Assembly: GCA_965217045.1 (NCBI GenBank)
Contig: OZ244228.1
Location: 586,428 to 650,427 of the forward strand
DNA: 64,000 nt
Origin: Vicinamibacterales bacterium
GTDB taxonomy: Bacteria > Acidobacteriota > Vicinamibacteria > Vicinamibacterales > UBA8438
Direction of reading: 5' to 3'
Below are positions 37,278 through 48,109 of the stretch, piece after piece. Positions within the stretch are counted from its first letter, which is position 1, and every line of letters starts with the position of its first letter. The notes beneath the pieces were generated by a model that saw nothing but the letters and a program-made list of their open reading frames with translations, searched no databases and was not told the origin of the DNA. Both the position numbers and the translations under genes were made by a program.

Positions 37278-38489
37278 ATGTCGCAGCCCATCCCCAACCG
37301 TTGGATCATCGCGGCCGCCGGCGTCGTCATGCAGATTGCGCTGGGTGCGATCTACGCTTGGAGCGTGTTCAGAACGCCGCTGGTCAACGAGTTCGGCTGG
37401 ACGATTTCCGAGGTGACGCTCACCTTCACGATCGCGATCTTCGTCGTGGGCTTCGCCACGTTCGGCGGTGGCATGTGGATGCGCCGGTCGAGCCCGCGGG
37501 TGGTCGCGCTAGCGGCGGGCGTCCTGTACGGGCTGGGCATCTTTCTGGCCAGCTTCACGAGCAGCTTGGGGTGGCTCTACTTCTCCTACGGCCTGCTGGG
37601 AGGCATCGGACTGGGCCTGGGCTACATCGTGCCGGTGGCGACCTTGGTGAAGTGGTTTCCGGACAAGCGGGGCATGATCACCGGCTTGGCGGTGGCGGGA
37701 TTCGGTGCGGGCGCTCTCATCACCGCGCCGATCGCGACGCGCCTGATCGAGGCGATCGGCGTGCTGAACACCTTCGCGGTGCTCGGCATCGCCTACCTCG
37801 TGATGGTCGTCGGCGCCGCGCTGTTCATGCAGGACCCGCCGGCCGGGTACAGGCCGGCGGGCTGGGAGCCGGCGGCCGCGGGCCGGCAGGCGACCGGCTA
37901 TACGCTTCGGAGCGCCCTGCGGAGCTGGCAGTGGTACGGGCTCTGGATGCTCCTGTTTCTCAATACGACGGCCGGTATCGCGATCATCTCGCAGGCGGCG
38001 CCGATGGCGCAGGAGATCACGAGCGTGAGCGCCGCGGTGGCTGCAGCCACGGTCGGACTCATCTCCATCGCGAACGGTCTCGGGCGTCTCTTCTGGGCGT
38101 GGCTGTCCGACTTCGTCGGCCGGCGGATCGTGTTCCTGACCATGTTTCTGCTGCAGGCCGTTGCCTTCTGGTTCTTGCCTTCCGCCGGCACCTTGACGGC
38201 GTTCGCGGTGCTGGCGCTCATCATCCTCCTGTGCTACGGGGGCGGATTCGGCACCATGCCGGCGTTCGCGGCCGACTACTTCGGCACCGAGCACGTCGGG
38301 TCGATCTACGGCCTGATGCTGACGGCGTGGAGTGCGGCCGGCGTGCTGGGTCCGACCCTGATCGCCACGCTGCGCGAGAGCACGGGCAGCTACAATCAGG
38401 CGCTGTACATCATCGCCGGCCTCATGCTGGTGAGCGCCGTCATTCCCCTTATCGTTCGACCGCCCGTCCTCCAGGCCAGCACATCCTGA
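37278..38489 (+). CDS. MFS transporter, oxalate/formate antiporter (OFA) family
   Basis: A 12-TM MFS protein with an OFA-like N-terminus (RWIIAAAGVVMQIALGAIYAWSVF) and the motif KWFPDKRGMITGLAVAGFG. Confidence 0.9.
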   Translation: MSQPIPNRWIIAAAGVVMQIALGAIYAWSVFRTPLVNEFGWTISEVTLTFTIAIFVVGFATFGGGMWMRRSSPRVVALAAGVLYGLGIFLASFTSSLGWLYFSYGLLGGIGLGLGYIVPVATLVKWFPDKRGMITGLAVAGFGAGALITAPIATRLIEAIGVLNTFAVLGIAYLVMVVGAALFMQDPPAGYRPAGWEPAAAGRQATGYTLRSALRSWQWYGLWMLLFLNTTAGIAIISQAAPMAQEITSVSAAVAAATVGLISIANGLGRLFWAWLSDFVGRRIVFLTMFLLQAVAFWFLPSAGTLTAFAVLALIILLCYGGGFGTMPAFAADYFGTEHVGSIYGLMLTAWSAAGVLGPTLIATLRESTGSYNQALYIIAGLMLVSAVIPLIVRPPVLQASTS

Positions 38490-38490
38490 G

Positions 38491-38575
38491 CCAGGAGTCT
38501 GCGCCGTAGAACGGTGCGGACTCCTGGAGGGTTGGTTGGGCGCCAAGCGGAGCCGCTAGGCGACGATTGGCGGGC
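38491..38575 (+). repeat. Intergenic structured repeat, copy C (full length, plus orientation)
   Basis: The sequence reads CCAGGAGTCTGCGCCG-TAGAA-CGGTGCGGACTCCTG-GAGGGTTGGTTGGG-CGCCAAGCGGAGCCGCTAGGCGACGATTGGCGGGC. It starts 2 nt after the MFS stop. Confidence 0.75.
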
Positions 38576-38606
38576 TGGCGCCCGCAGGCGTTGTAAGCTC
38601 GACACA

Positions 38607-39476
38607 ATGATATGCCGGTGCCTGTGCTCGATCGCGGCCCTCATGCTGGGCCTGGTGGGCGCGTACGGATGCGATTCCAGGCCGAGCATGCGTCTGGCCA
38701 CGACGACCAGCGTCGAGAACTCGGGTCTGCTGGCGGCGGTGCTGCCGGCCTTCGAGCAGGAGCATCACGTCCGGATCGACGCGTTGCCGATCGGTAGCGG
38801 CCGGGCGCTGAGCCTCCTGCGACGAGGCGACGCGGTCGCGGCCCTGACGCATGATCCACGGGCCGAAGCCGCTGCGCTCGAGGCTGGCATCATCACCGGC
38901 TATCGCAAGATCATGTTCAACAGCTTCCTGATCGTCGGGCCGCCCGAGGACCCCGCGGGTGCCGGGCAGGCGTCGGGAACCGTGGACGCCCTGCACCGCA
39001 TCGTGGACAGCCGGGTCCCCTTCGCTTCCCGCGGCGACGCATCCGGGACCTACGCCCGTGAGCAGGAACTGTGGGCGCTGGCGGGGCGGCGGCCGTCGCG
39101 GGAGAACCTGCTCGAGACCGGCCAGGGGATGGCGGCGACGCTGCGGGTGGCGAGCGAGCGCGGGGCCTACACACTGACGGACGGCGCCACGTTCGAGCAG
39201 TTGCGGTCCAGGCTGGAGTTGACGAACGTGTGCGCGCGTGGCCCGGAGCTGGTGAACACCTACGCGATCTTCGAGCGGGCGGGCCTGGCCGCAGCCGAGC
39301 AGGCGCTGGTGGCTGCGCTGGCGGATTGGCTCGCCGAGGGCGGCGGCCGGCGCCGCGTCGCCGGCTTCCTGATCAACGGCCGCACGGTATTCCGCGTCTG
39401 GCCCGCCGGCTCTCCCCGCGACCAACCAGGCTATCGACCCTCATGCTTGCTGAGATCGGAAGAGCGCTGCTCCTGA
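38607..39476 (+). CDS. tupA: Tungstate ABC transporter substrate-binding protein (TupA-like), lipoprotein-type signal
   Basis: The motifs LATTTSVENSGLL, FLIVGPPEDPAG and FASRGDASGT follow the TupA pattern. A Cys-containing signal sequence is present. Confidence 0.8.
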   Translation: MICRCLCSIAALMLGLVGAYGCDSRPSMRLATTTSVENSGLLAAVLPAFEQEHHVRIDALPIGSGRALSLLRRGDAVAALTHDPRAEAAALEAGIITGYRKIMFNSFLIVGPPEDPAGAGQASGTVDALHRIVDSRVPFASRGDASGTYAREQELWALAGRRPSRENLLETGQGMAATLRVASERGAYTLTDGATFEQLRSRLELTNVCARGPELVNTYAIFERAGLAAAEQALVAALADWLAEGGGRRRVAGFLINGRTVFRVWPAGSPRDQPGYRPSCLLRSEERCS

Positions 39477-40123
39477 TTGTCGACGGGGACGTCGAGGTCT
39501 GGCAGGTCACGGGCGTCTCGTTCGGGGTCTCCGTCACCGCGGTGACCACGGCGGTCGCGCTCGGGCTGCCGGCGACCTACTTGCTGGCCGCCGCCGGTCC
39601 GCGGAGCACGCGAATCGGCCTCTGGGTAGCCCACGGCCTCGCGGCGCTGCCGACCGTGGTCGTCGGCCTGACGTTGTACTTCTTGTTCTCGGCGAGCGGT
39701 CCGCTCGGGTGGACGGAGCTGCTGTACACGCGTACGGCCATGGCGCTGGCCCAGCTCGTCCTCGCCCTCCCGATGGTCGTTGCCATCGTCCTCGGCGCGC
39801 TGCACCGGCTCCCTCCCGCGGCCCGCGAATCGCTGGCCACCCATGGCGTGCCGTGGACGCGGCAGATGCGTTGGCTGCTGTGGGAGATCAGGTCGGCCAT
39901 CGTCACGGGCACGCTGCTGGCGTTCGCGCGCGCCTTCACGGAGCTGGGCGCGGCTTTGATTGTCGGGGGGAACATTCGAGGGGCGACCCGCACGCTGACC
40001 ACGTTCGTGGCGCTCGAGTACAACCGTGGCGACGACGCGCGGGCGATCGCGGTGGGCCTGATCCTGCTCACCGTCGCCCTGGTGACGAACTCGCTCATGC
40101 AGGCCGTTCTGGTGGAACGATGA
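39443..40123 (+). CDS. tupB: Tungstate ABC transporter permease (TupB-like)
   Basis: A five/six-TM permease with an EAA-like loop (ARAFTELGAALIVGGNIRG). It overlaps the tupA end. Confidence 0.8.
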   Translation: MLAEIGRALLLIVDGDVEVWQVTGVSFGVSVTAVTTAVALGLPATYLLAAAGPRSTRIGLWVAHGLAALPTVVVGLTLYFLFSASGPLGWTELLYTRTAMALAQLVLALPMVVAIVLGALHRLPPAARESLATHGVPWTRQMRWLLWEIRSAIVTGTLLAFARAFTELGAALIVGGNIRGATRTLTTFVALEYNRGDDARAIAVGLILLTVALVTNSLMQAVLVER

Positions 40124-40713
40124 GCGAGCCTGGGAGTCCCGTGCTGAGGACGCGGCAGCTGGCGGTCGGCTACGCCGGCAAGGCGGCCGCGACGATCGAG
40201 GATCTCGATCTGGTGGCCGGTGTCGTCTGGCACGTCACCGGGCCTAACGGCTCCGGCAAGACCGCCCTGCTCAAGACGCTCGCCGGTCTGCTGCTGCCCA
40301 TCTCGGGACGGGTCGAACGGCCGTGCGGGATGGGCCGCGGGGGCGCCATCTACGTTCATTCCGTGCCCTACCTGTTCTCCGGAAGCGTGCGGCGTAATCT
40401 CGGGCTGACGCTGCCGGCACCGGCACGCCTGCAGGGCGTCGCGGAGGCGTTCGGGCTCGGCGCCCTGCTGGAGCGCGTGGCCGCGACCCTGTCGCACGGC
40501 GAGCAGCGGCGCCTCGCGCTCGCCCGGGCCATCGTGGGCCAGCCCGCGATACTGCTGGTGGACGAGCCGGAGGGCGGGCTCGACGAAGACGCGATTGCCG
40601 CGTGGCGCGCGTGTGCGCTCAGGACGGTCGAGGCCGGCGAGCCGGCCCTGGTGGTCGCGGCTCATCATCCATGCGCGCTCGAGGCCGTACCGGTATGCGA
40701 GGTCCGTCTCTAG
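40120..40713 (+). CDS. tupC: ABC transporter ATP-binding protein (TupC-like)
   Basis: It has Walker A GPNGSGKT, signature LSHGEQRR and Walker B LLVDEPEGGLD. The ATGA overlaps the tupB stop. Confidence 0.8.
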   Translation: MSEPGSPVLRTRQLAVGYAGKAAATIEDLDLVAGVVWHVTGPNGSGKTALLKTLAGLLLPISGRVERPCGMGRGGAIYVHSVPYLFSGSVRRNLGLTLPAPARLQGVAEAFGLGALLERVAATLSHGEQRRLALARAIVGQPAILLVDEPEGGLDEDAIAAWRACALRTVEAGEPALVVAAHHPCALEAVPVCEVRL

Positions 40714-40755
40714 GAGTCACCAAGCGGAGCCGCAAGGCGACGGTTGGCGGGCTGG
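40711..40755 (+). repeat. Internally deleted copy E of the intergenic repeat
   Basis: TAGGAGTC (the 5' end of the repeat, which here includes the tupC stop codon) is joined to the 3' half CAAGCGGAGCCGCAAGGCGACGGTTGGCGGGCTGG. Confidence 0.45.
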
Positions 40756-40763
40756 GAGCCCGC

Positions 40764-41381
40764 ATGCCCGCTGCCGGTGTCGTCCTGTGCGGCGGGAGGT
40801 CGACGAGAATGGGATCGCCGAAGGCTCTGCTGGCCTTCGGCCCGGAGACGATGCTCCAGCGCGTCGTCCGCCTGCTCGACACGGTCGTCGCGCCCATTGT
40901 CGTCGTCGCGGCGCCCGGACAGCCGCTGCCCGAGCTGCCGGGGGCGGTGACAGTCGCGCGCGACGAGCGGGGGGGACGCGGTCCGCTGGAAGGCCTCCGG
41001 GCGGGGTTGAAGGCCTTGCCGGGCACCGTCGACGTCGCGTACGTCACGAGCTGCGACGTGCCGCTGCTCGTGCCCGGGTTCGTCCGGCGCATGATCGAGC
41101 TGGTCGACGGCCACGACATTGCCGTGATGGAGACCGACGGTTTTCCGCAGCCGCTCGCGGCGGTCTATCGACGTCGGACGCTGCCGCACATCGAGACGCT
41201 GCTGGCGGCGGACCGCCTGCGTCCAGTCTTCCTCTTCGAGGCCGCACGCACGCGCCGCGTCGCACCGCGCGAGGTGGCCGACGCGGATCCGGAGCTGCTC
41301 ACGCTCAGGAACGTCAACACGCCGGAGGACTACGCCGAGGCGCTGTCGACCGCGGGGCTCGACTCCTCGCACCCCCGCTGA
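40764..41381 (+). CDS. mobA: Molybdenum cofactor guanylyltransferase
   Basis: The motifs GVVLCGGRSTRMG, KALL and GPL.G are present in a 205-aa protein. Confidence 0.85.
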   Translation: MPAAGVVLCGGRSTRMGSPKALLAFGPETMLQRVVRLLDTVVAPIVVVAAPGQPLPELPGAVTVARDERGGRGPLEGLRAGLKALPGTVDVAYVTSCDVPLLVPGFVRRMIELVDGHDIAVMETDGFPQPLAAVYRRRTLPHIETLLAADRLRPVFLFEAARTRRVAPREVADADPELLTLRNVNTPEDYAEALSTAGLDSSHPR

Positions 41382-43108
41382 CGGTGGTACTCGTCGACCA
41401 CGGCCCTGAGCCGTTCACGGCTGAGAGCCGCGCTCGGGTCGTTCGGCAGCGCCCCCTGGAGAAAGCGCTCCGGGAGGGTGTCCTCGGCTGGCGTCCAGCC
41501 GGCGCGCCGGTTGAACTGCCGCTTGGCGTGAACGATCCCCTTGGCGACCCGGCGCAGCTCGGCGGCGCTGGTGTCCCAGCCGGTGACCAGATTCAGTATC
41601 TCCGCGGCCTCGCCGTAGAAGTCGTCGAACACGCCGCGCAGGAACTTGCAGAGGATGAGGGAGTCCATCAGGGCCGCCCTGTCCTCCGTGTCGATCGCGT
41701 GGTGGACGCCATCGACGGTCACGCGCCGTCGATCGACGGCGTCCGAGAAGTCCACTTCGTACGCGCCGCTGCGGTTGTGGTCCGCGCCGCGTGTGCCGAC
41801 GGCGAAGCCCAGCGCCATCGTCTGCAACGCGCGCGGCTCGTAGCCTGGAATCTCGAGCCCCTTCACCTGGGGCGCGAACTCGATGCTCTCATGACCGATC
41901 GCCTCGGCGGCGCGACGGCTGCCCTCGGCGAGCAGCTGTCCGACACCCTCGCGCCGAGCGGTGAGCTCGATCGCGCGCAGCACCGCCTCTCCGCTGCCGA
42001 AGGTCAGCCAGGGCTCAGCGAGCCAGCCGCGCTCGACGCACTCCATGGCGAACGCAATCGTGCCCCCGACGCTGATCGTGTCGATCCCCAGCTCGTCGCA
42101 CAGCTTCGACGCGCGCAGCACGGCGCCTGCATCGCCGACGCCGCAGAGCGGTCCCAGCGCGAACAGGCTCTCGTACTCCAGTCGGGTCCCCTCGTCGTCC
42201 TCGATCGAGTAGATGTGCTCGCAGCCGATCGTGCAGGCCACGCAGCTCGCGCGCGTGCGGGTGTGGGTGGCGCGGATTTCCTCGACCGAGACGCGTGCGG
42301 CCTCGTCGAAGGTCCCGGTCTGAAAGTTGCGCGTCGGCAGCGCCCCGAGGCGGTTGAACGTCAGGAGGTTGGCCGCCGTGCCCAGTTCGCGGTACTTGGC
42401 GGTTGCCGGACCGAAGGAGCGTTTCGACAGCTGCCTGCTGCGCTCGGTTAGCTCCCGGGGGTGCGCCCACGCGACGTACCGGGTACCCCGCACCGCCACG
42501 GCCTTCAGGTTCTTGCTGCCCAGCACGGTCCCGCTCCCGCCGCGGCCGGCATGGCGGCCGTCATGCGAGATCGTCGCGTAGCGCACGAGTCGCTCGCCGG
42601 CCGGACCGATGGACGCTATCTTGTAGTCGGGTCCAAGCCGGGTCCGCAGCGTCTTCTCCGTTACGCCGCACGTGGCACCGCGCAGGTCGTCGCCCGGGTC
42701 GAGCCGCACCCGGCCATCGTCGATGACCAGCACCGAGAGCTCGGCCGCCCGCCCGACGATCACTATGGCGTCGCAGCCGCAGCGTTTGCCCGACAGCGCG
42801 AAGCCGCTGCCGGCGAGCGAATCGTTGATGCGGTCGGTCAGCGGACTCCGGCTGACCACCGCGAACTTGGCGGACGTGGTCAGCGGGCTGCCGACCAGCG
42901 GGCTGAAGACGAAGATCAGCGGGGCGCCGGCTCCCAGCGCGTCCGGGCGCGAGCCGCTTTCCTCCAACAGCAGCCAGGCGCCCAGCCCGGCGCCTCCGAT
43001 GAACCGGCGCAGCACGCTGGCGGGCAGCGGCACACTGGCGGCGCTGCCGTCGGAGACGTCGATCCGGAGATAGCAGCCGTGGTACCCGGGCGGCACGCGG
43101 CGTTCCAA
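41330..43108 (-). CDS. aor: Aldehyde:ferredoxin oxidoreductase family (tungstopterin enzyme)
   Basis: It has an AOR N-terminal domain (GYHGCYLRIDV...RFIGGAGLG) and the 4Fe-4S/pterin motifs (CVACTIGCEH, GADH). Its 3' end overlaps the mobA 3' end by 52 nt (convergent). Confidence 0.9.
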   Translation of the reverse strand: MERRVPPGYHGCYLRIDVSDGSAASVPLPASVLRRFIGGAGLGAWLLLEESGSRPDALGAGAPLIFVFSPLVGSPLTTSAKFAVVSRSPLTDRINDSLAGSGFALSGKRCGCDAIVIVGRAAELSVLVIDDGRVRLDPGDDLRGATCGVTEKTLRTRLGPDYKIASIGPAGERLVRYATISHDGRHAGRGGSGTVLGSKNLKAVAVRGTRYVAWAHPRELTERSRQLSKRSFGPATAKYRELGTAANLLTFNRLGALPTRNFQTGTFDEAARVSVEEIRATHTRTRASCVACTIGCEHIYSIEDDEGTRLEYESLFALGPLCGVGDAGAVLRASKLCDELGIDTISVGGTIAFAMECVERGWLAEPWLTFGSGEAVLRAIELTARREGVGQLLAEGSRRAAEAIGHESIEFAPQVKGLEIPGYEPRALQTMALGFAVGTRGADHNRSGAYEVDFSDAVDRRRVTVDGVHHAIDTEDRAALMDSLILCKFLRGVFDDFYGEAAEILNLVTGWDTSAAELRRVAKGIVHAKRQFNRRAGWTPAEDTLPERFLQGALPNDPSAALSRERLRAVVDEYHRQRGCEESSPAVDSASA

Positions 43109-43384
43109 TCAGCCCCCCGCGTCGGCGGAGAGGATTAGCACACGGTCAGTCTCCGCGAGCCGTGTGCGCGGATCGGTCACGAACCGGTCGCCGTTCAGGT
43201 TGGCGGCGACGAACGGTCCGAACTGGTCGCCCCGCCCGGCGGAGACGAGGTCGGCAAGCAACGGATAGCGGGCCACGAGCGCGACGAGGAGCTGCCCCAG
43301 CGTGGCCGCCTCGATTTCGAGTTCCGCCACACCGGCGCGCTGCCGCGGAATGCCGAGGAACTCAACATGCATCGCTGCTGCCAT
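43109..43384 (-). CDS. MoaD/ThiS-family small sulfur-carrier-like protein (C-terminal GG)
   Basis: The product is 91 aa (or 87 aa from the internal Met) and ends ...ILSADAGG. Its stop abuts the aor start codon. Confidence 0.75.
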   Translation of the reverse strand: MAAAMHVEFLGIPRQRAGVAELEIEAATLGQLLVALVARYPLLADLVSAGRGDQFGPFVAANLNGDRFVTDPRTRLAETDRVLILSADAGG

Positions 43385-43511
43385 GATAGCACCGCGCCGG
43401 TCCGGCGCCGGTCGTCGCTTGCTTCGGGGTGAACCCTTTGACTATCCTTATCCTTGCAAAACTGCGATAAAGCCGGGTCGAGCCTCTGCCTGGTCGTGAT
43501 CGAGCAAGGAT

Positions 43512-45227
<1,716 letters not shown>

Positions 45228-45265
45228 CGGCTGCCTGCTGAACCGGGCTGGCCCGAGGGGTGACG

Positions 45266-48109
45266 ATGGCGATCGACATCAGGATCAACGGTGAGAACGT
45301 CGGGACGGAAACGGCGGCCACCCCGGTCGAGTTCACGCTGAACGGCCGGCCCGTCATCGGCAGCGAGGATGAGACCATCCTCCAGACGGCGCGGCGCCAC
45401 GGCGTCGAGGTTCCCCATCTGTGCTACAAGGAGGGGCTCCGCGCCGACGGCAACTGCCGCGCCTGCGTGGTCGAGATCAAGGGGGAGCGGGTACTCGCGC
45501 CCTCCTGCTGCCGCCATCCCAGGACGGGCATGGAGGTCACGACCGACAGCCGGCGGGCCCTGACCAGTCAGAAGATGGTGCTGGAGCTGCTGCTGTCCGA
45601 CATCGCGGACCGCTCCTACACGCTCAACTCCGAGCTCGACCTGTGGGCGCGGAGGCTGGCGGTCGGCGAGCCCCGCTTCCCGGCCCGCGCCCAGCCGGTG
45701 GAAGACCTGTCGCATCCCGCGATTGCCATCCACCTGGACGCCTGCATCCAGTGCACGCGGTGCGTGCGCGCCTGCCGCGAAGAGCAGATGAACGACGTCA
45801 TCGGCTACGCGTTCCGCGGCGAGCATTCGAAGATCGTCTTCGACCTCGACGATCCGATGGGCAACTCCACCTGCGTCGGCTGCGGCGAGTGTGAGCAGGC
45901 GTGCCCGACGGGCGCCATCATGCCCGCGCGCAACGCCGGTAAGATCGAGGCCGACAAGCAGGTCGAGTCGGTCTGCCCGTACTGCGGCGTCGGCTGCCAG
46001 CTCACCTACCACGTCAAGGAGAACCGCATTCTCTTCGTCGAAGGGAGGGACGGCCCTGCGAATGCGGGTCGGCTGTGCGTCAAGGGCCGCTACGGCTTCG
46101 ACTACGTGCAGCACAGGCATCGCCTGACCAGGCCCCTCATCCGCAAGCCGGGCGTGGAGAAACACAAGGACTTCAAGGTCGACCCGGACGCCTGGGATAC
46201 GGTGTTCCGGGAGGCGAGCTGGGAAGAGGCGCTCGACATCGCGGCGAACGGCCTGCGGGCGATCCGGGACGGTCACGGACGGCGATCGCTCGCCGGCTTC
46301 GGCTCGGCCAAGGGCACGAACGAGGAGGCCTATCTTTTCCAGAAGCTCGTGCGCACCGGTTTTGGCTCGAACAACGTCGACCACTGCACCCGCCTGTGCC
46401 ACGCCTCGAGCGTCGCCGCGCTGATGGAAGGGATCAGCTCGGGTGCCGTGTCGAACCAGGTGCGTGACGTGATGAAGGCCGAGGTGATCTTCGTGATCGG
46501 CTCGAATGCCACCGTGAACCACCCCGTTGCCGCGACCTGGATGAAGAATGCCGCCAGGGCCGGAGCGAAGCTGATCGTTGCCGATCCGCGTCGTACCGAT
46601 CTCGTGCGGCACGCGTCCCACTACCTCCAGTTCAACCCCGACACCGATGTGGCCCTGCTCAACGCGATGCTGCACGTGATCGTCGCGGAGGGGCTGGTCG
46701 ACGAGGCGTTCATCCGCGACCGTACGGAGGGCTACGAGGCGCTCGTGGAGAACGTGAAGAACTTCTCGCCCGAGGCGATGGCGCCCATCTGCGGCATCGA
46801 TGCGGAGACCATCCGCGAGGTCGCGCGGCTGTACGCGACGTCCAAGGCCTCCATGGTCATGTGGGGGATGGGGATATCCCAGCACGTGCACGGCACCGAC
46901 AACGCGCGCTGTCTGATTGCGCTGGTGCTGTCGACCGGCCAGATCGGCAAGCCGGGCTCCGGCCTGCACCCGTTGCGCGGTCAGAACAACGTGCAGGGCG
47001 CGTCGGATTCGGGGCTGATCCCGATGTTCTACCCGAACTATCAGGCGGTGGCCAGCCAACAGGCCAGACAGCGCTTCGAAGATCTCTGGGGCGTCGAGCT
47101 CGATCCCGAGCCCGGCCTGACGGTGGTCGAGATCATGAAGGCCGCCACGAATCGCGATATTCGCGGCATGTACATCATGGGCGAGAACCCGGCGATGTCC
47201 GATCCCGACGTCGATCATGCCCGCGCCGCGCTCGCCATCCTGGACCACCTGGTCGTTCAGGACATCTTCCTCACGGAGACGGCATACTTGGCCGATGTCG
47301 TGTTGCCTGCGACGGCCTGGCCCGAAAAGGACGGTACCGTCACGAACACCGATCGCATGGTGCAGCTCGGCCGCAAGGCGCTCGAGCCGCCCGGCGACGC
47401 GCGCGAGGATCTCTGGATCATCAACGAGATGGCGCGGCGCATCGGCCTGGACTGGAACTACTCGCATCCGCGCGACGTGTTCGAGGAGATGCGCCAGTGC
47501 ATGGACTCGATCGCTGGCATCACCTGGGATCGGCTGGAGCGTGATTCCTGCGTGACCTATCCGTGCGTGAAGGAGGGTGACCCGGGGCAGCCCGTCATGT
47601 TCGTGGAGAACTTCCCGACCCTGACGGGACGCGCCAAGTTCGTGCCCGCGGATCTCATCTCCGCGGACGAACGCCCGGACGAGGAGTACCCGATGGTCCT
47701 CATCACCGGACGGCAGCTCGAGCATTGGCATACGGGCGCCATCACGCGGCGCGCGTCGGTGCTGGACTACATCGAGCCCGAACCGGTCGCCTCAGTGCAC
47801 CCTCTGGATCTGGACGAGCTCGGCGTGGTGCCCGGCGGGACGATTACCATCGAGTCCCGGCGGGGAAGCGTGTCGCTGTACGCGCGGGCGGACGACGGCA
47901 CGCCGCGCGGCGCGGTGTTCGTTCCGTTCTGCTTCTACGAGGCGGCGGCGAACATGCTGACCAATCCGGCGCTCGACCCGTTCGGCAAGATTCCGGAATT
48001 CAAGTACTGCGCGATCCGGGTGACGGGCGGCGGTCCCGCGCCCGAGCGCCTCAGCTTCGGCGGGGGCACGCTCCTGGAGACGAGCGTCTCGCAGGAGTCT
48101 GTGCCGTAG
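45266..48109 (+). CDS. fdsA: Formate dehydrogenase alpha subunit (2Fe-2S, 4Fe-4S and bis-MGD domains), Cys-type
   Basis: It has the NuoG-like N-terminus (CRACVVEI), ferredoxin motifs (CIQCTRCVRAC, CVGCGECEQACP), the MopB 4Fe-4S motif (CPYCGVGC) and the active site HCTRLCHASS with a TGC codon. An alternative GTG start is at 45260. The last 6 codons lie in repeat copy D. Confidence 0.9.
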   Translation: MAIDIRINGENVGTETAATPVEFTLNGRPVIGSEDETILQTARRHGVEVPHLCYKEGLRADGNCRACVVEIKGERVLAPSCCRHPRTGMEVTTDSRRALTSQKMVLELLLSDIADRSYTLNSELDLWARRLAVGEPRFPARAQPVEDLSHPAIAIHLDACIQCTRCVRACREEQMNDVIGYAFRGEHSKIVFDLDDPMGNSTCVGCGECEQACPTGAIMPARNAGKIEADKQVESVCPYCGVGCQLTYHVKENRILFVEGRDGPANAGRLCVKGRYGFDYVQHRHRLTRPLIRKPGVEKHKDFKVDPDAWDTVFREASWEEALDIAANGLRAIRDGHGRRSLAGFGSAKGTNEEAYLFQKLVRTGFGSNNVDHCTRLCHASSVAALMEGISSGAVSNQVRDVMKAEVIFVIGSNATVNHPVAATWMKNAARAGAKLIVADPRRTDLVRHASHYLQFNPDTDVALLNAMLHVIVAEGLVDEAFIRDRTEGYEALVENVKNFSPEAMAPICGIDAETIREVARLYATSKASMVMWGMGISQHVHGTDNARCLIALVLSTGQIGKPGSGLHPLRGQNNVQGASDSGLIPMFYPNYQAVASQQARQRFEDLWGVELDPEPGLTVVEIMKAATNRDIRGMYIMGENPAMSDPDVDHARAALAILDHLVVQDIFLTETAYLADVVLPATAWPEKDGTVTNTDRMVQLGRKALEPPGDAREDLWIINEMARRIGLDWNYSHPRDVFEEMRQCMDSIAGITWDRLERDSCVTYPCVKEGDPGQPVMFVENFPTLTGRAKFVPADLISADERPDEEYPMVLITGRQLEHWHTGAITRRASVLDYIEPEPVASVHPLDLDELGVVPGGTITIESRRGSVSLYARADDGTPRGAVFVPFCFYEAAANMLTNPALDPFGKIPEFKYCAIRVTGGGPAPERLSFGGGTLLETSVSQESVP

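Noticed and set aside
43385-43511. A possible Moco riboswitch or promoter element in the moaD-like/fdsB divergent region, which contains the tandem TATCCT TATCCT and TTGACT.
   Set aside because: I cannot reproduce the Moco motif's conserved helices from memory with confidence, and no properly spaced -10 hexamer follows TTGACT. Resolving this needs cmscan against Rfam RF01055.
46397-46399. Possible selenocysteine at the formate dehydrogenase active site.
   Set aside because: The codon aligned to the Sec/Cys ligand (HCTRLCHASS) is TGC, not TGA. There is no in-frame TGA in fdsA.
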